From Laetmonice hystrix (taxonomy: Eukaryota): DNA of 64,000 nt. Shown piece after piece: positions 1-11,300 of the stretch. The first letter of the stretch is position 1, and each line of letters begins with the position of its first letter. The notes below the pieces were generated by a model. The model was given only the letters and a program-made list of their open reading frames with translations. It was not told the origin of the DNA and searched no databases. The translations under genes and the position numbers were made by a program. The stretch spans positions 11,408,001 through 11,472,000 of the forward strand of contig OZ249449.1 of NCBI GenBank assembly GCA_965235115.1, written 5' to 3'.

Positions 1-89
1 GTAGTCCATAGCTAATGAATATTCTGATTTTTGTTTGGATGTGTTTGATAAGTTTCTAATAAACTTTTCTCTTTTCTTGGGACTTTCAG

Positions 90-145
90 TGGAGCTGTAC
101 TGTCTTTGGCCATGAGCTGGAAGGATGAGATATAAAGCACTGCCG
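90..145 (+). other. Candidate 56-bp exon of a gene entering from upstream of the window
   Basis: Long pyrimidine tract ending TTTCAG at 89; donor CCG|GTACGT at 146. All three frames contain a stop (TGA 126-128, TAA 133-135, TGA 113-115), so it is a last coding exon, a UTR exon, or degenerate. Confidence 0.4.
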
Positions 146-865
146 GTACGTGTCTTAAGAGTGTAGTGATGTACTATACTTTCCACTATAAATACTATAC
201 TAAAATATTATGACTTACTGTAGTCATGTCAGAAGGGGGCTCTCGGTCTCGTCTCGATTCCGCATTTGAAAGTTCTATCAATATCTCAGGTAGTTTACCC
301 GGTTATCCTACAAACCACACTTAAAGTGATTTGTATTTAACTAGTTGTAATCAGTTGTAATACGCAGATTCGCATAAGTTATGACAAATTTTCCACGGCC
401 CCACTATAGTCTAATGAGATGGATATGAACAACCCTAATATTGCCATTTTCAGGAATAGTGCAGTTTGACAATGCAATGCTTTTGCAGTGTTTGAATATT
501 ATTATTGTATTTCCTTGAACATATCCAAGTATTTTGGTTTAGGAAAATTGATTAGATCTGCAAAGGTGGAAGATCCAGTGGTACTAATAAACTATGTAGA
601 ATTGCAATGGCCAATCATTAGAATTGTCCAGAGGTTGCCGACCTGAGCCATACATAAAGGCATTAATATACAAAACTCTGGAAATTGCCACTGTGCAGTG
701 TTGTAATAATAACAAATATCAAAAGTTTTTCAATATCAACTCTAATGGCTGCACTACAATGTTTATTTCTATACATTTTCAGATTTCAGCATGCTGATCT
801 TACAGAAAGTCTGGAGCAAAATCACGCAGCCATCATGAGGGATGTGGCAAAGCTCAAAGCAGTAA

Positions 866-1272
866 AGCCGGCCTCAGGTCGCCCTTGCGCCGCGCCGGAT
901 CAGTCGGCGACTGCCTATTTGGCGACAACCCACGACTGAGCCACGACGAATCAGTCGTCGACCAAGGGTAACATGAGTGTGGTTGCGCCGGCGCGTCGAC
1001 CGTCGTCGACCGTCGTCGACCGAGAAGATCAGCCGTCGTAGAAGTAGAAATTGTTCAACTTCTACGCCGCGACGGAACAAGATTATAGGCCTACCAGTCG
1101 GCGATCGAGCGCAGTCGACCTGAGCGTGGTTGTAATTGATCGGCGACAAGATGCTGACAGTCGCAGGAAGGTGTACCCGATCTCCTCACAGGCGACATGA
1201 GCATGAACCTCACGTCAATTGCCGACGGTTCCGTCGCAGCGCAAGGAATCGCAGGGCGACCTGAGGCCGGCT
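866..1272. mobile_element. PIF/Harbinger-like (Tourist-type) MITE, 407 bp
   Basis: Perfect 20-bp TIRs AGCCGGCCTCAGGTCGCCCT (866-885; 1253-1272); TAA on both sides (863-865; 1273-1275), the typical Harbinger TSD; no recognisable transposase. Confidence 0.85.
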
Positions 1273-1307
1273 TAAAGCGCATCCCAGACGAACAAGATCG
1301 GAATGAA

Positions 1308-1568
1308 CAAACTGAGCTCTCTGGTCTAAGAAACTGAGCTCTATGGATGGTCTGCCAAACTGAGCTCTATGGACGGTCTGACAAACTGAGCTCTATGGAC
1401 AGTCTGACAAACTGAGCTCTATGGTCTGACAAACTGAGCTCTATGGACGGTCTGACAAACTGAGCTCTATGGGCTGACAAACTGAGCTCTATGGGCTGAC
1501 AAACTGAGCTCTCTGGTCTGACAAACTGAGCACTAGATCTAGGCCTATGGTCTGACGAACTGAGCTCC
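1308..1568. repeat. Minisatellite, 22-26 bp unit (TCTGACAAACTGAGCTCTATGG[ACGG]), ~11 copies
   Basis: Eleven ACTGAGC cores counted directly. Confidence 0.95.
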
Positions 1569-1699
1569 ATCTTCTTCCCTTCCAGTGTGGACATGGACCT
1601 TTTTGTACTAATTATGATGTAATAAACATTTAAACCATAATAACTGTGTTTTTGATAAGATCTAAAAATACACAATATAAACTCGCAAATATATCATAG

Positions 1700-2204
1700 T
1701 TAGCTCACCTGGTGAGTTTGTCTTGCAAACTCACAAACAGCTCACAGGAAGCTCATTCTGTGAGTTGTGCAAACTCACAGAGAAGTCACAGCTAGCTCAC
1801 ATATTGAGTTCAAACTCACAAAAAGCTCACAGAAAGCTCATAGTGTGAGATTTGCAAACTCATAGAAAGGTCACACTTAGCTCACCTGGTGAGTTTGTAG
1901 TACAAACTCACAAACAACTCACAGGAAGCTCATTCTGTGAGTTGTGCAAACTCACAGAGGGGTCACAGCTAGTTCACATGGTGAGTTCAAACTCACAAAA
2001 AGCTCACAGAAAGCTCACAGTGTGAGATTTGCAAACTCATAGAAAGGTCACAGCTAGCTCACATGGTGACCTCACCATGTGACTTTATAGTGAGGTAACC
2101 TACTTGCTTCAAAATGAGTCTGCTGTGACCTAACCATGTGATCTTTCCATACCTTTAATGTGAGGTCACAGTAAGCTCACTGTGAAGTTAGATTCTTCAC
2201 TGGG
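1700..2204. mobile_element. CTCAC/GTGAG-rich non-autonomous element fragment with an internal ~177-bp tandem duplication
   Basis: Unit starting TTAGCTCACCTGGTGAG recurs at 1700 and 1877; right end ...TTCTTCACTGGG resembles CCCAG/CTGGG MITE termini; no matching left end found. Confidence 0.55.
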
Positions 2205-2539
2205 TTGGTCTAGAATTAATAGGCCTAATGAATGCTCCCAGGGCTGCTGGTCGCCAGTGTGCATGTTTTGAACATGCGCAGTAGAACAAACAGTATGGCG
2301 GCTAACGGCAGTGAACCAGCGCGATTCGGAATTTCGGAAGTCTGATTTATTAAAACTTTGGGCAAAAATCCTCGGAAAAGTGCGCAGCAGAGGAACAGAA
2401 GATGGGCTGCGTTAGAATTGACACCTCAACTGGCAGTAGAACGATGGATTTTGCACAGCGAGTGATTGACATCGGAGGTAGGGTTTTTCGCGTTAACGCT
2501 GTCCGTCCCTACACTGGGGACGATACTCCGTCTAATTAT

Positions 2540-2785
2540 GGCCTAGGCCCTAACTATACCCCACCTGACTGTGGTGATTACGTCCATAGGCCCTACTATA
2601 TCCCACCTGACTGTAGTGATCAGGCCGCTATTATAGTACCGTACCCCATCTGACTCTGTACTAGGCCTAGTGTAGTGATTAGGTCCCTATACCCCACCTG
2701 ACTGTAGAGATGAGGCCGCTATACCCCACCTGACTGTAGTAGGCCTAATGAAGCCGCTATATTTTCTATTCCACCTGACTGTATT
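2540..2785. repeat. ~30-bp minisatellite (TATACCCCACCTGACTGTAGTGATTAGGCCGC-like)
   Basis: Repeated CCCACCTGACTGT cores; further units at ~2940-2995, ~3105-3135 and ~4070-4095 are interleaved with the tRNA-derived array. Confidence 0.85.
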
Positions 2786-4068
2786 TTTCTTTTGAAATGC
2801 ACGGGCATCAGGGGTAACCCAATTACTTTGACAATGTCCCTAAAGAGAAAAGTTGTATAGTCCTCTACAGGAATCGAACCCAGGCCCTAAGATTACTGCA
2901 CCCATTCGCATAGCATAAGGTGTCGAAGTGATTAGGGTCATATATACCCCACCTGACTGTAGTGATTAGGCCGCGCTATATACCCCACCTGCACTGTATT
3001 TTTCTTTTTAAATGCACGGGCATCAGGGGTAACCCAATTACTTTGACAATGTCCCTGAAGAGAAAAGTTGTATAGTCCTCTACAGGAATCGAACCCAGGC
3101 CCTAGTGATTAGGCCGCTATATACCCCACCTGCACTGTATTTTTTTCTTTTGAAATGCACGGGCATCAGGGGTAACCCAATTACTTTGACAATGTCCCTA
3201 AAGAGAAAAGTTGTATAGTCCTCTACAGGAATCGAACCCCGGCCCCAAGATTACTGCACCCATTCGCATAGCATAAGGTGTCGACACCCATGCCAACTCG
3301 GCCACCGCCACTCCCCTAAAAAAGGAGCTTTGGTGGTCGAGCAGGACAATGGACCCTCCCCCCTACACACATCTTCCGAAATGAGACGGAATCCATATTT
3401 TCCTAGATAGAGATACACATGATTTCTACCGAACATTGACTGTTAAGGTAATCCTGGCACTGGCGTAGACTGTATTTTTTTCTTTTAAAATGCACGGCCA
3501 TCAGGGGTAACCCAATTACTTTGACAATGTCCCTAAAGAGAAAAGTTGTATAGTCCTCTACTGGAATCGAACCCCGGCCCCAAGATTACTGCACCCATTC
3601 GCATAGCATAAGGTGTCGACACCCATGCCAACTCGGCCACCGCCACTCCCCTAAAAAAGGAGCTTTGGTGGTCGAGCAGGACAATGGACCCTCCCCCCTA
3701 CACACATCTTCCGAAATGAGACGGAATCCATATTTTCCTAGATAGAGCTACACATGATTTCTACCGAACATTGACTGTTAAGGTAATCCTGGCACTGGCG
3801 TAGACTGTATTTTTTTCTTTTGAAATGCACGGGCATCAGGGGTAACCCAATTACTTTGACAATGTCCCTAAAGAGAAAAGTTGTATAGTCCTCTACAGGA
3901 ATCGAACCCCGGCCCCAAGATTACTGCACCCATTCGCATAGCATAAGGTGTCGACACCCATGCCAACTCGGCCACCGCCACTCCCCTAAAAAAAGGAGCT
4001 TTGGTGGTCGAGCAGGACAATGGACCCTCCCCCTACACACATCTTCCGAAATGAGACGGAATCCATAT
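2786..4068 (-). repeat. Tandem array of 335-bp units containing a tRNA-derived (SINE-like) Pol III head
   Basis: Minus-strand A box TGGCCGAGTTGG (3293-3304, 3628-3639, 3963-3974) and B box GGTTCGATTCC (3228-3238, 3563-3573, 3898-3908), exact period 335. Two truncated units keep only the B box (2870-2880, 3085-3095). A TTTT run follows each head. Acceptor and anticodon stems do not pair. Confidence 0.75.
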
Positions 4069-4908
4069 TGTGATTAGGTCCCTATGTACTCCACCTGGGT
4101 GAAACTGTCGTCAGGTCTTCGTGTCGTAAGTGCACAATATCGGCAACCACCAAAAACACCCCCCCCCCCCCACCCCACCCTTCCAAAACGGTCCTTGATT
4201 GACTGGGCCTATTAAGGCGTAATGTTTCCATTTTACCGCTACAGCATACGGTAATATTTCATGTAAGAAATCCCATCCCACAATTCTCTCCGCGGGATCA
4301 CGTGACCTTTAATTTCCCAGACGTCACATGCCAACCAACGGGTCTGAGCTACGCAATACGGTGCAGTCGGAGCACAACGCGCGCCTCTCTCCTGCTGGCT
4401 AGAGACGTCTATAGACCACGGTCACAACGCCACCAGATCAGACCATACACGCTAGCTAGAAGCTGTCGCTGGATATTTAGCCCACCTATCTCGACTTTCT
4501 TCGCTTCAGACAAAATAGCTTTTATTCCCGTTTTGAAATCCACGATTTCGAAACTGAGGAACCTGGAACAGGCGATGGATTATAGGGTCGGTTGAAATCG
4601 AGGAATATTTTTGAATCCTGTATAGCTTTCCGTGGTCCAGGCAGAAGAAAAAGGTTTAGACCCTACGCGTATGATCCAGCCACTGTACACTGTGTCTTCT
4701 TGTGATCTTAACCGGCATATCACGGGTGTTTGACCACACGAAGTACTAACTGACTGAAAACTTCGCGTTCTGAGGTGTGGTGTCGGGATTATTTTTGGAG
4801 CAACTGTTTTGTTAAACAACTAAAAGCAGCAAGAAAACCAAACTGTGATCTAACTGGAAAAAAATTAACAGGGCGAATTTGGTTGGCGGTCTTTAACCCT
4901 TGACGAGT

Positions 4909-6726
4909 ATGACAAATACCATGCCTTTTCTTGACATCGGAAATATATCAACGGATTTAGCAAGTTGCAATCACACCATGACCAACACAACATTTTGTGG
5001 GACGGAATCGCCTGGGGATACAGATGGACCCACTCCAAGCGCGTTTGCCCAGAGTTTTCGCTACGTCATCAATCGAATGGAAGTCTATTGGAACCCTATT
5101 GTCATCTTGCTTGGTATCGTTGGAAACACGACGTCGTTGGTGGTGTTTGTGCTGAGCCCTCTCCGGCGCATGTCCTGGTCTGTCTACCTGGCAGCGCTGG
5201 CCGTCTCCGATAGTGGCTTCCTGCTGGTGCTTCTGGCTTCCTGGGCCAACCACGTGGGTGTCAATATTTATCACACATGGGGTTGGTGCCAGTCACTGAC
5301 CTACGTCACCTACGTCTCCGCCTTCCTTTCCGTGTGGTACGTAATATTTCTGGTTGTCCATGGGGCCTTGTGGTTCAGTGGGGTTTTAAGCTCATTGCCC
5401 ACTAGGCGAGTGTTGCGAGCGCTTGAGACCACTTGCGGTACTCGAAGGGATTTTAAACATGTTGAAAACTTGGCGATCACCTGCGAGTCCCGGATCGCAA
5501 GTTTGTCATTGCGAGCACAATAGGTCGTTTGTCGTTTGTCACACACTAGGCGAGTGCTCGCAGCTGTGAAGGACTCGCATCGCTTACGAGTTTACTCGCA
5601 GGCGTTTACTGGCCTAGTGGACAATCAGCTTCCGTCATATGACAATGGCTGTTACAAAGGTGCCAAATCGTAATAGCACCCCTAAACGATAGGCCTACCT
5701 GGGTCCGTACCTGGGCTATTCGTCAAGCAACGCAAGAAACCTGCAATTGTCATTTTGTAAGTGGTTGTTTCCATCATAAAAACAAAATTGATGCCCTTCA
5801 ATCAGGGCCTAGTTCTACTCCAATATAATGCACTGCGTTCTTTTTCATAAGATCTTGTGTTATGACGTTGCAGGTACGTCGTAGCATTTACAACGGAACG
5901 CTACATCGTCGTCTGCTTTCCCCTACGCCGCATACACGTGACGTCATTAACGCGTTCTAAATTAGTCGTGGCGGGACTGACGGCGTTTGCTGTGATCGCA
6001 TACAGCTTCGCGCTGTGGACGTCTGGACTCCAACACATGCATGGGTCTGCTCATTTCTGCTCTCACCTAATGAAGTACAACTCGCTGCTTTATGTTCTGA
6101 CATACATTGACACCATCGCGACCCTTGTTGTTCCATTCATTGCAATTGTCCTCCTGAACAGTAGCATAATGTACACCGTCGTCTGCTATCATACCTGGTG
6201 GCAGTCGACGGTTATTGGCCAAGTCGACGACCGTCTTTCCGTCACTAACATGTCTGACACGACGTTATCAGAGCCAGTGACGTCTGTAAACATAAGGGGT
6301 CACAGACGCGCGCGTCTTAAAGGAACGCGGGATTCCGTGATGCGCATGACTAAAACTCTTGTCGTTGTGTCGAGTGTCTTCATCTTGCTGAACTTTCCGA
6401 GCCATGCCATCAAATCGTACATGTTTGTTGCTGAGCTGGCTGACCCGCTGTACATGCCATCTCATGTGCTGCAGACGTGCTTGAAGTTAGCACAACTAGT
6501 ATACAATGTCAATTTCGCCATCAACTTCCTACTCTACAGTGCATGTGGAAGCACCTTCCGACAAGCATTGCGTAGCCTCAGCATCCAAATGAACAATAAG
6601 ATAAGAGGATCTAAAGAGGCATACCTGAACAACAAAGAAACGGATGTGTTGCCGACAATGAGAGCAACTCGACTACAAAGTCAAACAATGACAACTGAGG
6701 TTCCCTTAAGAGTTATTGCGATTTAG
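4909..6726 (+). CDS. Class A (rhodopsin-like) orphan peptide-receptor-type GPCR, 426 aa, 2 exons
   Basis: Exons 4909-5336 and 5874-6726 (phase-2 intron GTACGT...TTGCAG). Joined protein has TM1 GN, TM2 LAVSD, TM3 C...TERY, TM6 FILLNFP, TM7 NFAINFLLY and N-glycosylation sites in the N-terminus. The NFxLY TM7 is typical of FMRFamide/sex-peptide/GPR139-like receptors. Alternative ATG at 4921. Confidence 0.92.
5388..5631. mobile_element. MITE-like element inside the GPCR intron
   Basis: ~24-bp imperfect TIRs (AAGCTCATTGCCCACTAGGCGAGT vs reverse complement of the right end AAGCTGATTGTCCACTAGGCCAGT, 3 mismatches); internal CACTAGGCGAGTG copy at 5544; no clear TSD. Confidence 0.6.
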
Positions 6727-7010
6727 ATTCCATGGCTGCCATGCTTCACCATGGACGGGAATCTTTGTTGCGATTATAGTGCAATACCTGGTTTAGTTAT
6801 AGAGACTGGCAACCTCCTACCCTAGAATGCAGTGTTAGTATTTTACTTATACTAGATCTGTTCCCAGTTGCCCGATACTAGGGGGTAAAATAGATGCCTT
6901 GGCTGAATTTATACTTTGTTTCTTGCATTTAATGTTCGGTATGGCTTTATGAAGCTGTAAGTGGATTCATCAGACTGTAACGACGGTAGTAAAGAATGCT
7001 ACCTATGCCT

Positions 7011-7075
7011 AGAGAGAGACAGAGATAAGAGACAGAGAGAGAGGAGGGAGGGAGACAGACAAAGAGAGACAGAGG
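7011..7075. repeat. Imperfect GA/GACA microsatellite
   Basis: Purine-rich run AGAGAGAGACAGAGATAAGAGACAGAGAGAGAGG... Confidence 0.85.
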
Positions 7076-7095
7076 AAATCCTTGAAAAAAATTGT

Positions 7096-7903
7096 CATCG
7101 GACATGTCTCGTATTAAGGTTATGTAAAAAGAATAGTTTGAAAACGTTCTGGTCCCAATCTCAAGTTTGGGATATCATCGACAAAACGCATTTCCCAAAA
7201 CGTGACCGAAAATAATCAATTCAGGTGGTGGAATCAGACTATACAAACATAAAATCCACCCAGTCAGTTTGTCTGCGAAATGGATCAGCTTGCTTTATAG
7301 TCGCTTTTCTGTTTTAATTTTTCGGGATTCGTACGTGTGTGCGGACCATGTCGTAAAGCTCTACATACACGTGCGACTGTTTAGTTGGCCGACTGCTCAC
7401 GACTCAATAGCCGCCCAGCATACACGCATCAACTATTTAGTCGTGTAAAGGGCAAATCTTAGTGAGATCAAGATAATCAACAGCTCCTTGTTGTATTATA
7501 CGTGTCAACAATGTACGATAATATTTCATTATATATAATACAAATAAATGTCTATGGTTTGTTGAATGATGTAAATTTTAATTAATCAAATTCTCGTTAG
7601 CAGTAGGGTATAATAAAGTAAACGATGTTAAAGAAAACCATTTTTTTCTGATTCTTTGCTGAATAAGATTTGCAGTTTCAGCGAAGGAGGATATTTAAAT
7701 ATTGAGTCAATTAGCACAAAATAATGTAAGATGTTTTTCTTCGAAAAGTGATAGGAACCACCATATGACCTCGCCTCAGGCCGGGCCAAATCCCTCTTGA
7801 TTGATCTCACATATCTGATTCTAGGAAAACTCCCATCGGAGATGTCTCGTATCAGGATTATGTAAAAATGTGATGGTTTTAAAACGTCCTGGTCCCACTC
7901 TCA
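7096..7903. repeat. Diverged ~68-bp direct repeat pair (7096-7163 and 7834-7903)
   Basis: CATCGGA(C/G)ATGTCTCGTAT...TATGTAAAAA...AAAACGT(T/C)CTGGTCCCA(A/C)TCTCA occurs twice about 740 bp apart. Confidence 0.7.
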
Positions 7904-8373
7904 GAGAGAGGAAGAGATAGAAAGAAATCAGCCCAATCAACAACAACAGCAAAGTTAAACAGAAAATAAGCGAGAATAAAAATAACACTTTTAAAAAGGA
8001 CGCTAACGATGTCTTTAAACTTGCCGAATCAAGGCTCTGAGTATACCTTTAAGTACTGTCCAGTAACCGGATTTGAGGGCGCCTATCCCACTTCAGGCTG
8101 CTTTGGTCAACTCCTACTGCTGGCTAATAGGGCCCCTAATGATGGCTCATCCGACCCCAGTGTGTAAAGGTGATAATAAACTTTTACCTGCTATAGATGT
8201 TCACATTTTTTCTGTAATCATTGCAAAGTTAAGAACAGCTTATGAATCTATCGTATGAATCTATTTGTGTTATTAGCTAATTCATTTAAGTAAAATAATC
8301 GGTCCCTGTTTGCAAGAAAAGGTTTAAAAGCAGGTTGTTTTTTTAAATCGTCATTTTGCTTCACGCACGTCCA

Positions 8374-11300
8374 CTATGGTTGTGATGATGGCGATGATGA
8401 TCTAACAGTGTTTTTTCTGAGCGGTACTGAGACGCCTCCTCCCCTGTTAAATACTGAAGAAGATTGGACAGGACTAGGTTGGATGTCAGTGATTGGCAAC
8501 ACGTGTGACATCAAACCATTAGACACATCGTCCTTGTCCTTGGCGCGGACTGACAATGACACAGGCCCCCAACCGGTAGTCTGTATCTCCTCTGTAGGAG
8601 ACACCGACATGTCAGACGCTATCCCAACCATTGTGCTCACACCAACGTCGATCCCAAATAGAAACGACGTCATCCGACTCAATCTGATGGTTTGGGTTGA
8701 CATTGAGTCTCTGGCTTTAAGAGGCGCATGCGTAGTAATTACTTTGCTCCTTTCGCGGGTCTGAACGGCCCCTGACAGTGGGTGGGACGGCGAAAGGTCA
8801 AGTGACGTAGAAACCTCGATGTCAAAGTAATTGGGGGAGAGAAGACTGATTAATTGCTCCGGAGTAAATGGAGATAGGTTTGTACGTCGGGGTTGGTCTT
8901 GTAAAACGAGCGTTCCAGTTGGTGAGATGGGGGTAATTAACTGGTTACCCTCAAAAGGGTGCAATATGTACCCTGATGATAAACCTGTATTTATCTGGGT
9001 TCTTTCAGTCTTTATATGTCCTCCTGGTGGCAAAGGAGCACACTGTGTTTGAACGGGTTGCCCGTCTTCACAAAGCGGGCATGGAGTTAGGGATAACGTG
9101 AATGGTTGCTTGGGATATCCCGAGGAATAGCAACGATTCGGCCAATCAGAGGTGATGGCCTTCGGGAGCTGTGCTCCCTCGGGAGTATCCAGACTTTTCG
9201 TTCCGCCCAATTCCAAATCTGTACCATTAGCTGAGAACGTGTCATTAAAGGTGGCAGATACTGTTGAATGAAGGAACTGGGAAGATATTGATATAGCGTC
9301 ACTAAAACCAGGCGACTGCTCTGTCAACCCCAATGTTCGGGATGAGGTATCCAAATTATTTTTGAAATGACTCATATGTTCAGTTTGAGTGCATGTGTGT
9401 CCGTGCCTACGACTCGAAGATCCCGTCCAGTCTTTATTAGCAGGGGTGTCATTTTGTTCTAATGGAACACTAGCGTCTAATACTGGAAGAACGGTCATTA
9501 GAGTAGGCGGCTGCGTAAAACCTGTAGAATGGCTGAAAGAAGCCTCTAGACTATTTGACGGGATGTGATGGCCAATGACGGGACGTGATGGCAGAGATGC
9601 CAGGAACGGGGACGTCTGTAGCGCAGTTAATCCATAAAACTCTCGCGACGTAACGGGGTTCTCGTTGTGTAGACCACGTGACGTGTGATCACGAGGCGGG
9701 CTGCTGAAAGTAGAGGGGTCCACGGTATCGGACGCCTCTCTCGTGAAGTAACTCGTAGACAATTCTATGGATGGATTCAACAGGAGCTCGGGTATCGCGT
9801 GGGGAGACCAAGGAGACTGTATTGAGTCAGGAACGTTCTGTCTTGGCGCATGGATGGTCTGTTGGGAAAAGTATAGTTTGTCATTCAACGATCGAGTGGC
9901 CATGCCCTGTAGGAGGCTAGGAGTATGACTTACGGTCGTTTGAGCGGCTTTGAATAAGTTTGAGACACCGTTACTTCCAAAGTTTTCACGCGTAGCCCCT
10001 AAGGACCATCCGTTGAAAATGTTTTTGTCGAAATGGACACCTTCATTGACCTGGCCAGAAGACGTTGGCCTTGACTTTGGCAGGGTCGAACGTAAATCTA
10101 TAAATTGCACCAGGGGGACAGTCTTATAATCATCCATGTCCTTCGTGGTAAACACAGCTTGACCATTGGAAAAACCATCAGCGTTTGATAAGTCAGCTCT
10201 ATTGTTTATTTCATGTCCCCATGATGCCGAATGTCCCGTTTTTATCGTGTCATCAATCAAAGGAACCAATGTCGTCTCAGGTAATTGGGACATAATAAAT
10301 AATGGCCCTTGTTTCGAGTCACTAATTGCACTTGTAAAATCATTTGTTGTCTGCATCTCGGTGTATTTACGTCTAATCACTCCTGATGACGTAGAAAAAG
10401 ACAGGTCTTTATCTTGGAATGGTAGAAGTTTTTCAGTGATCTTTGTCTGATCTGAATATTCATGATCAACAATGGACAGAAGACGCCTCCGTGGTGGAGC
10501 TGGGGTTTCAGCTATGAAGGGAGCGATTCCGCTCGGGGGTGGAGGCGGCCGTGCGGGTGGTACAGCAGCTGTTACTGTGGGTTTTACCACTGACGGAGGC
10601 TGGGCGATAATATGAGAAGTCGAGTGGGACAGGTCGTCTGACGTCATGGTGTCGTAGGCGTTCTGCCGCGCGGTGTGTTCGTATGACGTAAATGAGATTG
10701 ACGGTTGGATGACTGGTGAATAAACCGTAGACTGTGAATACATTAGGGATAGGTTTTCGCTCTGGGATATTTCAGTCTGGATAGAACTACCCAGAATTTG
10801 TGTTTGACTGGGAAATACAGAAGATCCTTCAGTTACTAATTGTGATGTGAGAGTAGATAATGCATCAGTCGGCGTCCTGAAATAAGAGACATCTCCGCTA
10901 GGAGCTCGAGACGCCATAATGTCACCATGCTCTACTTTATAGCTAGTTTGGAGTGCGCCAAGGTCATTCATGTTTGTGATATAGCTAGTTTGGAGTGCGC
11001 CAAGGTCATACGTGTTTGTGATATAGCTAGTTTGGAGTGCGTCAAGGTCATTCATGTTTGTGATATAGCTAGTTTGGAGTGCGTCAAGGTCATTCATGTT
11101 CGTGATATAGCTAGTTTGGAGTGCGTCAAGGTCATTCATGTTTGTGATATAGCTAGTTTGGAGTGCGTCGAGGTCATTCGTGTTTGTGATATAGCTAGTT
11201 TGGAGTGCGTCAAGGTCATTCATCTTTGTGATATAGCTAGTTTGGAGTGCGTCAAGGTCATTCATCTTTGTGATAAGAGGTTCCTGGTAAATAGGCCTAG

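Larger units (their letters stand above)
783..1645 (+). other. Candidate terminal exon of the upstream gene, interrupted by a MITE
   Basis: Acceptor TTTTCAG ending 782; open frame FQHADLTESLEQNHAAIMRDVAKLKAV up to the MITE; AATAAA at 1621-1626. The 3' end is approximate and the product is not recognised. Confidence 0.35.

Noticed and set aside
1613-1660. SECIS element for the TGA at 126-128
   Set aside because: ATGA...TGAT is present but the intervening helix pairs poorly and overlaps the AATAAA signal.
3200-3990. Functional tRNA genes
   Set aside because: A and B boxes are present but acceptor, anticodon and T stems do not pair; treated as tRNA-derived repeats.
5337-5523. C-terminal part of the 207-aa ORF 4900-5523
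   Set aside because: Read-through into the GPCR intron and MITE; the TM3-ERY continuation is at 5874.
1-8373. TM and RING-H2 exons completing a Goliath-type E3 ligase
   Set aside because: I looked for SISFIVLM/FYYIQRFR-like and C-x2-C...HxFH...CP-x-C patterns on the minus strand by eye and saw none; exons outside the window cannot be excluded.
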